A DNA stretch of 49,682 nucleotides from an uncultured Bacilli bacterium (GTDB lineage Bacteria > Bacillota_I > Bacilli_A > RF39 > UBA660): contig CANQIU010000001.1 in the NCBI GenBank assembly GCA_947624145.1, forward strand, positions 1-49,682, written 5' to 3'. Each line of letters begins with the position of its first letter. The first letter of the stretch is position 1. Below, in pieces: positions 10,190 through 17,527 of the stretch. The position numbers and the translations under genes were made by a program. The notes under the pieces were generated by a model, which saw only the letters and a list, made by a program, of their open reading frames with translations, was not told where the DNA came from and did no database searches.

Positions 10190-11683
10190 TTAATTTCTTT
10201 CGAATAAAAATATATTTCTTTTCTTACTTTGAAATTTTTGTCTTGCCTCGGCAATTAAATGATAATTTTGCCATAAATTTTTTTCATTTTCTTGAACATA
10301 TTCAAGATTTTTGGTGGTAAAATAAACAACATATTTAATTTTTTTATTTTTAACATAGTTTTGCATTTCATCATATAACTTAGGATAAGCTTCATAAGAG
10401 ATATTTTGCACTTGAAAATAATAAGTCGAAGGAATTATCCCCGAGGTTGTATATAACCCACAGTCTAAATAACCCATATTAAGTAATGTAGATTCTTTAT
10501 CTAAAGTCATTTTATCTAAAAAACGATATTGAAATAAATCTTCTTTTTTTAAAAATAACATATCTTTATAATTAGCATTATTAAAAGAAATTAAGATAAA
10601 TAAAATAACAACAATAAAGTAACTTAATTTATATTTAGTTAAATCAACTCTTTTATGAAGTAAATAAAATAAACCAATTAAACTAATAAGTATAAATATT
10701 TCTAAAGGAAAAAAATAATAACGATAAAATCTTAAACCAAAATAAATTCCTAAGATAGTAAATAAATATAAAAAGAAATAAGCTATTTTACCTGATTTTT
10801 TTAAGTTTAAGAAAAGAATCATAAAAGGTGATAGGATAAAAAGAAAACCTCCTAAAAGTTTATTATTACTATTTATAGCTCCCAATAAACCTTTTATAAG
10901 CGTAGTTAGTCGCACCCAAAGTGATGTTTTAACATCGCCATAGTTAGTCATATTAAAAAGAAAATAAACATCAACAAAATCTTTAAGTCCTTTATTTATT
11001 AGAAAATAAATTAAGAAAAGAATAATTGGGATAGACATTCCCCCTAAAAAGATTAAACAAGCTAAAAAGGCCTTTTTATATTTCTTATCATAAATTAAAG
11101 AAAAGAAAATAGATGCCATAAAGATAAACCAAAAACCTAGTAAAGTAAATTTCGTCATAGCAATTAAACCGGCGATAAAGCCATTTAATAAGAGTTGTTT
11201 ATAACTTATTTCTTCTTTTTGAAAATGCTTTAAAAAATGATATAAACTAAGGCCAAAGAAAGCCAAACAAAATTCTTCCGCGCCTCCCCCATGCGTAAAA
11301 GCATAAGATGTTAGCATGAGAAAAGTTAAAATAGGAATGATTAAATAGGCATATTTTTGCTCTAAAAATAAAGCGATTATTTTATAAACATAATAAAGAA
11401 AAACTGTTAAGTTAATTACTTCTAAACAAAATACACCCCAAAAACTTTTATAAGATATTAAAGAACCTAAACCATAGATTAAGTATAAAAATGGTCCTTT
11501 TTGTTCAAATAAATCTTTATAAGGAACAATTCCTCTGACCATAGCCTTCCCCGTGGTAAAAAAGGCATTAGCATCAACCCAATCGTTTAAAGGATAAAAA
11601 GGTGAACATTTACTACATATAAGTAAACCAAATAAAGCTATACTAAAACAAAAAAGAATTGTTAATAATTTATTTTTTTTCAT
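10190..11683 (-). CDS. polytopic membrane protein, GT-C/PMT(ArnT)-like glycosyltransferase candidate
   Basis: 497 aa. Multiple TM segments across ~370 aa, then a ~120-aa C-terminal soluble domain. Extended -10 TGTTATAAT and RBS GGAG upstream. The functional family is inferred from architecture only. Confidence 0.5.
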   Translation of the reverse strand: MKKNKLLTILFCFSIALFGLLICSKCSPFYPLNDWVDANAFFTTGKAMVRGIVPYKDLFEQKGPFLYLIYGLGSLISYKSFWGVFCLEVINLTVFLYYVYKIIALFLEQKYAYLIIPILTFLMLTSYAFTHGGGAEEFCLAFFGLSLYHFLKHFQKEEISYKQLLLNGFIAGLIAMTKFTLLGFWFIFMASIFFSLIYDKKYKKAFLACLIFLGGMSIPIILFLIYFLINKGLKDFVDVYFLFNMTNYGDVKTSLWVRLTTLIKGLLGAINSNNKLLGGFLFILSPFMILFLNLKKSGKIAYFFLYLFTILGIYFGLRFYRYYFFPLEIFILISLIGLFYLLHKRVDLTKYKLSYFIVVILFILISFNNANYKDMLFLKKEDLFQYRFLDKMTLDKESTLLNMGYLDCGLYTTSGIIPSTYYFQVQNISYEAYPKLYDEMQNYVKNKKIKYVVYFTTKNLEYVQENEKNLWQNYHLIAEARQKFQSKKRNIFLFERN

Positions 11684-11753
11684 ATACTACTCCAATCTCA
11701 TTATAACACTTTCTTATTCTTAGTATAGTCATTTCTTTATTTCCTTATTAATT

Positions 11754-12584
11754 TTACTTTTCTTTGACTCTTTTATATTCTTTAAAACTTTCTAAATAAT
11801 TATAATATTCTACTTCTCTCGTAGTTAAAATACCATTTAAAGCCTCTAAGACTTCATGCCCATTTTTATATATTGTTTTAAAATTAGGGATTTTCATTGA
11901 CTTCTTAACTTGGTCATAAAACTCATCATAATCATGAACATCGGTTACATCAATAAATGTATAATAATTATTTTCTTTCTTTGAAGTTATAACAACTAAA
12001 TAAGTTAATTTATTATTACTAACTATTATATTACCTAAATAATCTCCATAAAAATCTTGAAAAGGATTATCAAAGGTCTTATTTAAAGTAAATGCTTTAT
12101 TAACTAAATAATTAGCTTGATCAGAAACTAAAGAGTTAGCTTCTTTAAGAGGATCTTTATTTTGAAAATAAGAATAGTATTGTTCTTTATATTCAAAACT
12201 ATAACTCTTACAAATATCATCTTCTTTATATATAGTTAATTTTCCTATAATTTCTTGATTTTCATATAAGATATAACTAGTACTATGATATACTTTACTT
12301 ACCTTATCATCATATAAATAGTTAGTCATTTGCACTATTTCATGAGTTTTACTAAGATTATAATAATAACAATATTGATTTTTAACTTTTTCTTCATCTA
12401 AATCTAATTCAGTATAACCAAGTAAACTTTGACCATCTTCACTCATTATCTTAATTTTTAAATTAGCCTTATCTTCTTGTTTAACAATTTTATGAGGCTT
12501 AGCAAAAGTAACTAATTTTTCTGGATAACTTAATTGAAAGATATTTACATCACTAAACATTTTTAAATAATTTTCTATATTCAT
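11754..12584 (-). CDS. hypothetical cytoplasmic protein (276 aa)
   Basis: Long ORF with strong signals: TTGAAA-17-TAAAAT promoter and GGAGG RBS. No TM segment and no family motif that I recognise. Confidence 0.7.
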   Translation of the reverse strand: MNIENYLKMFSDVNIFQLSYPEKLVTFAKPHKIVKQEDKANLKIKIMSEDGQSLLGYTELDLDEEKVKNQYCYYYNLSKTHEIVQMTNYLYDDKVSKVYHSTSYILYENQEIIGKLTIYKEDDICKSYSFEYKEQYYSYFQNKDPLKEANSLVSDQANYLVNKAFTLNKTFDNPFQDFYGDYLGNIIVSNNKLTYLVVITSKKENNYYTFIDVTDVHDYDEFYDQVKKSMKIPNFKTIYKNGHEVLEALNGILTTREVEYYNYLESFKEYKRVKEK

Positions 12585-12687
12585 AAACCCTCCAAATAAA
12601 TCTAAGATTTATTAAATATTTTAGTTTATTATTTACTTTTTTTCAATATTTAATTTCTAATTTTAATTAAAAAAATACAACATTAAA

Positions 12688-12717
12688 TTGCTATGTTAGA
12701 AAAAGCCATGCTATAAT
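12688..12717 (+). promoter_or_regulatory. sigma-A type promoter for the 187-aa gene
   Basis: TTGCTA (12688-12693), 18-nt spacer, extended -10 TGCTATAAT (-10 at 12712-12717). AAAGGAGG RBS at 12727-12734. Confidence 0.6.
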
Positions 12718-12741
12718 ATTGAATAGAAAGGAGGCTTTGGA

Positions 12742-13305
12742 ATGATTTTTGAATATATTGATGAAAATTTAAATAGAATTATCCAAAATCCAAGCAGTGT
12801 ATTATATTTAAGACCATTTTCTATAGGGAAAAAAGAAGCATTATTTGCCATAGTTAAAGAAGAAAATGGCGTATATAAAAAAGTTCAAATTACCAAAGAG
12901 ATATCTAAACTTATATTTCCAATTGAACCTATATTTCATTTTTATAATGGTCCTGGTCGTTGTTTTTTAAATAATTTTATGACTTTTAATAATTATATTG
13001 CTTTAAATATAAGTTATTTAGATGGTTTTAAGACTATGCAACTTGATAATTATATTTATAATATAGGCATATTTGCCACATTTAATGATGGCTCAGCCAC
13101 TTTTGTAAAAAGAGAAAAAATTAAAAGCTTTGAAAAACAAGGAGAATTAACTCCGTATATAAATCAATTAAAGCAATTTAAAGATTATGAACCTCAATAT
13201 AAAAATTATAACATTATTGAATCTCATAAAGTTGATGATGAAACCTTTGTCATACCTGAACTTCAAAATCAAGAAAAAAGAGAATTGAAAAAATCGATTA
13301 TATAA
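12742..13305 (+). CDS. hypothetical protein (187 aa)
   Basis: ORF with a consensus-like promoter, a strong RBS and its own terminator. No recognisable motif. Confidence 0.75.
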   Translation: MIFEYIDENLNRIIQNPSSVLYLRPFSIGKKEALFAIVKEENGVYKKVQITKEISKLIFPIEPIFHFYNGPGRCFLNNFMTFNNYIALNISYLDGFKTMQLDNYIYNIGIFATFNDGSATFVKREKIKSFEKQGELTPYINQLKQFKDYEPQYKNYNIIESHKVDDETFVIPELQNQEKRELKKSII

Positions 13306-13316
13306 TCGTTTTTTTT
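13288..13316 (+). terminator. rho-independent terminator of the 187-aa gene
   Basis: AAAAAA-T-CGATTAT/ATAATCG followed by T8. The stop codon lies inside the stem. Confidence 0.65.
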
Positions 13317-13467
13317 ATAATCTTAACTAATATTTTTTTAAATTAAACTCTTCTTATCCTTTCTTTTTTATTAACTATCATTTGCAACAAATCTCTAATA
13401 CTATGATTTTTATCTATAATATAGCTGAGTGACTGTCTCCAATCTTAAGAAAGAAAAGAGGGATACG

Positions 13468-13542
13468 ATGAAAAAAAGAACTTTTTACTTAAAAGTCCTT
13501 CGGCTTATTGCTATCATTTTATTATCCTCACCTTATTGGTAA
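13468..13542 (+). CDS. candidate small hydrophobic peptide (24 aa, MKKRTFYLKVLRLIAIILLSSPYW)
   Basis: Unlisted ORF. AGAGGGA lies 4-5 nt upstream of the ATG. Basic N-terminus followed by a hydrophobic segment. Overlapped by a minus-strand terminator. Speculative. Confidence 0.25.
   Translation: MKKRTFYLKVLRLIAIILLSSPYW
13471..13498 (-). terminator. minus-strand terminator-like hairpin antisense to the small ORF start
   Basis: Minus strand reads GGACTTTT-aagta-AAAAGTTC followed by T7. The stem contains a G-U pair, which would be a C-A mismatch on the plus strand, so it folds better as minus-strand RNA. Confidence 0.4.
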
Positions 13543-13610
13543 TAGCAATAAAAATATGTTCCTCTTTTTTTATTTTATGCAAGTTCCCTTGACAAATACA
13601 TTAATATCAT

Positions 13611-13638
13611 AAAAACGCACTTTTATCAAGTACGCTTT
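13611..13638 (-). terminator. probable terminator of tRNA-Leu
   Basis: Minus strand reads AAAGCGTAC-ttgataaaa-GTGCGTTTT, continuing into a T-run, about 40 nt downstream of the tRNA 3' end. G-U pairs favour the minus-strand fold. Confidence 0.45.
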
Positions 13639-13676
13639 CCTATTTTTACTCGAAAAGTCCGAGTTTCTTATCAAAC

Positions 13677-13764
13677 TGGTGCCTGTAACCGGAGTCGAAC
13701 CGGTACTTTCGTTAAGAAAAATAGATTTTGAGTCTATCGCGTCTACCAATTCCGCCATACAGGC
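13677..13764 (-). tRNA. tRNA-Leu (anticodon CAA), type II with long variable arm, CCA encoded
   Basis: Folded by hand. Acceptor GCCTGTA/TACAGGC. Anticodon stem ATAGA/TCTAT with loop CTCAAAA (U33, CAA, A37). Variable arm TTTC-ttaac-GAAA. T arm ACCGG-TTCGACT-CCGGT. Discriminator A plus CCA. The track ORF 13570-13758 is its antisense shadow. Confidence 0.95.
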
Positions 13765-13779
13765 AATTTAACTTAACTA

Positions 13780-13809
13780 AGTATACCATTTCTTTTTTGA
13801 AAAATGCAA
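13780..13809 (-). promoter_or_regulatory. promoter for tRNA-Leu
   Basis: Minus strand TTGCAT (13809-13804), 18 nt, TATACT (13785-13780), about 15 nt upstream of the mature tRNA 5' end. Confidence 0.5.
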
Positions 13810-13812
13810 TAC

Positions 13813-14379
13813 TTATTCGTTAATCTTTTCTTTATATATTGATGAAAATAATTCTTGTTCTTCGGTATTTTCAACTTCTTTTTCAATTTTTGGTAAATCA
13901 TCTATTGTCGCTAAACCAAAATAATCTAAAAATTCGCTTGTCGTTTTATAAAGATTAGGCTTGCCTGGTAAATCACTTTTGCCAGCTACTTTAACTAAAT
14001 CTTTAGCCATTAATTTTCGAATCATATTAATACTGGCAATACCTCTTGCCTCATCAACTTCAACTCTAGTAATAGGTTGATTATAAGCAATAATGGCCAA
14101 GGTTTCTAAAGCCGCTTGACTTAAAGTATTATTACCCTTAGAGGTAATTAATTTTTGATAATAATTCTTATGTTCTCTTTTAGTTGTTAACTTAAAAGTA
14201 TCTCCTAAAAAAGAAATTCTAAGGCCTCGATTATCTTTTTCATATTCTTCTTTTAAGCTTTTTAAAAGCATTTTAGCCTCATCCATATCTAGTTCTAAGA
14301 TCTCACAGATATTTTTTAATGTTAATCCCTCATCACCTACAACAAATAATAACCCTTCTAAAATCGCTTCTTTTTTCAT
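13813..14379 (-). CDS. scpB: segregation and condensation protein B
   Basis: 188 aa. N-terminus EAILEGLLFVVGDEGLTL and a winged-helix repeat pattern typical of ScpB. Follows scpA with a 1-nt overlap. Confidence 0.9.
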   Translation of the reverse strand: MKKEAILEGLLFVVGDEGLTLKNICEILELDMDEAKMLLKSLKEEYEKDNRGLRISFLGDTFKLTTKREHKNYYQKLITSKGNNTLSQAALETLAIIAYNQPITRVEVDEARGIASINMIRKLMAKDLVKVAGKSDLPGKPNLYKTTSEFLDYFGLATIDDLPKIEKEVENTEEQELFSSIYKEKINE

Positions 14380-15089
14380 TATTCTAACCTCGTTATAAAT
14401 ATATCTTCAAAATTATTTTTTTGTTTTAATTTAATCTCTTTATTTTTACACATTGCTAATATTGATAAAAAAGTTGCTACCACTAAATCTTTGGCATAAC
14501 TTTCAAATAAATCATTAAATGTTAGTTCTTTTCGATATTTTAAAATATCTCTAATATACTTTGTTCTTTCCTCCACCGTTATTTCTTTTTTTGTAATCCT
14601 TGTATTAAGAGGCTTTTGATAAAGCATTCTTTTTTGTAAATTAAGCATAGCTTCTTTTAAAAGATTAATATCTTCATTATTTTCATAACTAATATTATCT
14701 TGATAATCATCAATATTTTCTGGTATTTTAGTGTAAAATTCACTTCTTTTTTCTTCTAGATCTCTAAATAATTGCGTAATATTTTTATATTTTTCATATT
14801 CTATTAATTTATTTTTTAAATCTTCTTCACTATTAATTGTATATTCATCTTTTTCTTCTTCATCATTAATATTTAAAAGTAATTTACTTTTTAAATGAAT
14901 TAATTCTGAAGCCATTACTAAATATTCACTAGCATTATCAATATCTAGTTTATCTAAAGAATTAATATATTTTAAATATTCATCAATAATATATTTAGTA
15001 TCTATCTCATAAATATCCATCTTAGCAGTTCTTACTAAATGTAAAAGCAAATCCAAGGGACCTTCAAAATCATTGATGCAAAAAATCAT
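14379..15089 (-). CDS. scpA: segregation and condensation protein A (kleisin)
   Basis: N-terminal FEGPLDLLLHLV...KMDIYEI signature of ScpA. Paired with scpB. Confidence 0.9.
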   Translation of the reverse strand: MIFCINDFEGPLDLLLHLVRTAKMDIYEIDTKYIIDEYLKYINSLDKLDIDNASEYLVMASELIHLKSKLLLNINDEEEKDEYTINSEEDLKNKLIEYEKYKNITQLFRDLEEKRSEFYTKIPENIDDYQDNISYENNEDINLLKEAMLNLQKRMLYQKPLNTRITKKEITVEERTKYIRDILKYRKELTFNDLFESYAKDLVVATFLSILAMCKNKEIKLKQKNNFEDIFITRLE

Positions 15090-15099
15090 TTAAACCACC

Positions 15100-16017
15100 C
15101 TATTCACAACGATATCCTTTACTAACTAATTCAAAATACATAACTTTTGCATCAGTATCTAACGGATACGTAATATCATTTAAATTCTCTGTACCATTTT
15201 TACTTAAATCTATATAGGTATTAAATTTAAGTTTACCACTTTCAATATTAATACTAGAATTAACCCCAATTACTTGATTATAACTATTACTTTGGGCTTG
15301 ATATTTTTGATATAATTCTGCATAATTAGAAACCGTATTATTAACTTCAATTAAATCTTCTATTTGGTATAATTTATTATCTTTTAATAAATAATTTATT
15401 GTTCTATCATTTTGGCGACAAACTAAAATCGCCTCTTGGTTTTGATTTTGCACAGGAATATAATTAGGATATTCATCTTCTGTTATTTCGAAAAAAGTAA
15501 AATATGTAATATTTGTATTATTTAAAGAAAAATTAACTTCTGTTTTACCCTTAGCATTAATGATGATATCATCTAGTTTTATTCTTTGTAATAAAGTATT
15601 ATTACCATTATAAATTTGTAAATAATAGTGATAATTACTTAGATTTAACGAATTATTAGTTTTATTATTAATACTTATAGCTAAAATATTATTATTTATT
15701 TTAAAAGAATCTAGGGTAAAATCTGGTTCTTCGATTATTAGATTACCAGCATAGGGATACTGTTTAATATCTTCCACTGGATCACTATTATTATCTTTAT
15801 CTTTATTAGGTTTTAAAGTATTTTCATAAGAAGAACTATTATTTTTAAACTTTTTATCCATAAAAGCACTTATTTGGGGTAAAAAGTAAATAGATAAACC
15901 AAAAAGAATAAATATAAATAGTAAAATAAACCAACCACCTTTTTTAGAATCTAAATTTTTTAAAACAGTTGGTGTTAATTCTTTATCAACAATTACTACT
16001 TTTCTTTTTTTAGCCAT
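15100..16017 (-). CDS. hypothetical N-terminally membrane-anchored protein (305 aa, N/S-rich ectodomain)
   Basis: Basic N-terminus, one TM (WFILLFIFILFGLSIYFL), then an Asn-rich soluble domain. TATAAT and GGTGA signals upstream. No family recognised. Confidence 0.72.
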   Translation of the reverse strand: MAKKRKVVIVDKELTPTVLKNLDSKKGGWFILLFIFILFGLSIYFLPQISAFMDKKFKNNSSSYENTLKPNKDKDNNSDPVEDIKQYPYAGNLIIEEPDFTLDSFKINNNILAISINNKTNNSLNLSNYHYYLQIYNGNNTLLQRIKLDDIIINAKGKTEVNFSLNNTNITYFTFFEITEDEYPNYIPVQNQNQEAILVCRQNDRTINYLLKDNKLYQIEDLIEVNNTVSNYAELYQKYQAQSNSYNQVIGVNSSINIESGKLKFNTYIDLSKNGTENLNDITYPLDTDAKVMYFELVSKGYRCE

Positions 16018-16066
16018 AATTATTCACCCTATTCATTCTAGATAATTATACTATAAATAAAATTAT

Positions 16067-16804
16067 CTAACAACCTTTTTCCGTACAAACAACGTTTTCT
16101 TTATCATTAATATAACTAAACATTTCTATATATTTATTTTTAAATATTTCTTTTTGTTCTTCATTTAAGCCATTTATAAAATTAAGTTCATCTTCGCTTT
16201 TACCAGCATATATGCTTTTTACTTCACCATGATCTACCACGGCCACGGTCGGAGAAGCTATTCTTTTTACCCCGGTTGAAAAGGCAAAGTTATTGCTATC
16301 TTCGACATAATATACTTCTAAATGTTCATCAAAAAAACTTACTAATTCTTGATAAGCTGTTGAACCATTTTTGGTTTTAGTTGGAAATAATGTGCCATTA
16401 GCTTCATATTCATCTCGAATATTTTGAATATCAACATAATAAATGGTCTTAATATTTTTTTCTAAAGCAGCCTCTAGTAAAATTTCTACCGTATCCCGAG
16501 CTAAAGGACAAGCCGCATAACCAAAATAAATGATAGCAGTTTCGCTTGTTAAAACATCTAATATTTCTTTAGGACTTTTATAAATAAATGGATTATCTTG
16601 AGGAATATTAAGTTTTAAATAAGGAGTTTTTCCATCACTTAAAACTCGATCATTAAACGCTTCATATTCTTCTTTAAAACGCATCGCATCCGTTTGTTTA
16701 TTAGTACTCTTATTTTTCCCATAAATACATAATCCACAGATAATTATTACCAGAAAAGTACAAACTAAAATAATTCCTAAATATATTTTATTTCTTTTTT
16801 CCAT
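16067..16804 (-). CDS. membrane-anchored thioredoxin-fold-like protein (CPLA in place of CxxC)
   Basis: N-terminal TM. The segment IIYFGYAACPLARDTVEIL resembles the beta1-CxxC-alpha1 region of thioredoxin-like proteins but has only the first Cys. C-terminal CTEKGC. ATG 16804 (after GAGGAAG) is preferred over GTG 16813, which lies inside the RBS. The fold assignment is tentative. Confidence 0.6.
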   Translation of the reverse strand: MEKRNKIYLGIILVCTFLVIIICGLCIYGKNKSTNKQTDAMRFKEEYEAFNDRVLSDGKTPYLKLNIPQDNPFIYKSPKEILDVLTSETAIIYFGYAACPLARDTVEILLEAALEKNIKTIYYVDIQNIRDEYEANGTLFPTKTKNGSTAYQELVSFFDEHLEVYYVEDSNNFAFSTGVKRIASPTVAVVDHGEVKSIYAGKSEDELNFINGLNEEQKEIFKNKYIEMFSYINDKENVVCTEKGC

Positions 16805-16845
16805 ATCAAACACTTCCTCATAAATAATAACATAAAACTTATTAT

Positions 16846-17526
16846 TTATTCAACTATCGTTTTTAAGTAATCTTTAACCGTATTTATTTCATATACAGCA
16901 AATTTAGATTCTTCATTTAAAGTTTTAATAACAACTATTTCATTTTCATTAATATCTTTTATTTCCATATAATAATGATTATTTAGTAAATAATAATTAT
17001 AAGTAATAATATATTCGCTATGATAACTAGGATTAATTATTGGTTCTAGATCTCTTTTAGCTTCACTTATTTTATCTAATAAATTATTAAAATTATTTAT
17101 ACTAATATTTAAATCCATTAACCGCGGAACTGTTTTTTGTTCATCTAACCAAGTATCACTTAATATATAATTTTCACTACAATAATTCTTATAATCAATA
17201 TTTATTTTTACTTCTTGATAAAATTGATGAGGTATAATTTCATACTTAGTAATAGTTAATTCATTATTTTGATCATAATAGTAATTACCATAACAATTTT
17301 CTAAGTTTTTTAAATAATTATTTTTAGTTTCATTTAATAAAGTATTTTTTCTAAAAGTATATAATTCATAATTTAAAGAAGAGTTATCCTTTAAATATAA
17401 AAAGCGTGGAATAGGTATACCTTGTAATTCGGTTTTAGTAAAGGTATCATTTATTAATAAAGTTAATAAACCGATAGCTAAACTAAAACTTATTACTAAA
17501 CTAATTACTTTACCTAAAAATTTCAT
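16846..17526 (-). CDS. hypothetical secreted/membrane-anchored protein (226 aa)
   Basis: N-terminal signal/anchor (MKFLGKVISLVISFSLAIGLLTLL). Starts 2 nt after the tex stop. No motif recognised. Confidence 0.7.
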   Translation of the reverse strand: MKFLGKVISLVISFSLAIGLLTLLINDTFTKTELQGIPIPRFLYLKDNSSLNYELYTFRKNTLLNETKNNYLKNLENCYGNYYYDQNNELTITKYEIIPHQFYQEVKINIDYKNYCSENYILSDTWLDEQKTVPRLMDLNISINNFNNLLDKISEAKRDLEPIINPSYHSEYIITYNYYLLNNHYYMEIKDINENEIVVIKTLNEESKFAVYEINTVKDYLKTIVE

Positions 17527-17527
17527 C

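Noticed and set aside
13570-13758. 62-aa ORF (MAELVDAIDSKSI...) in the supplied track
   Set aside because: It is the antisense shadow of tRNA-Leu(CAA). The MAELVDA..DSKS peptide is the typical mistranslation of a tRNA D-arm and anticodon region, and there is no RBS.
11754-13812. Genomic island or prophage integrated at tRNA-Leu
   Set aside because: No integrase, recombinase or phage genes are present. I could not find a direct repeat of the tRNA 3' end in the flanking sequence. Only two unknown genes and a small-ORF locus lie there.
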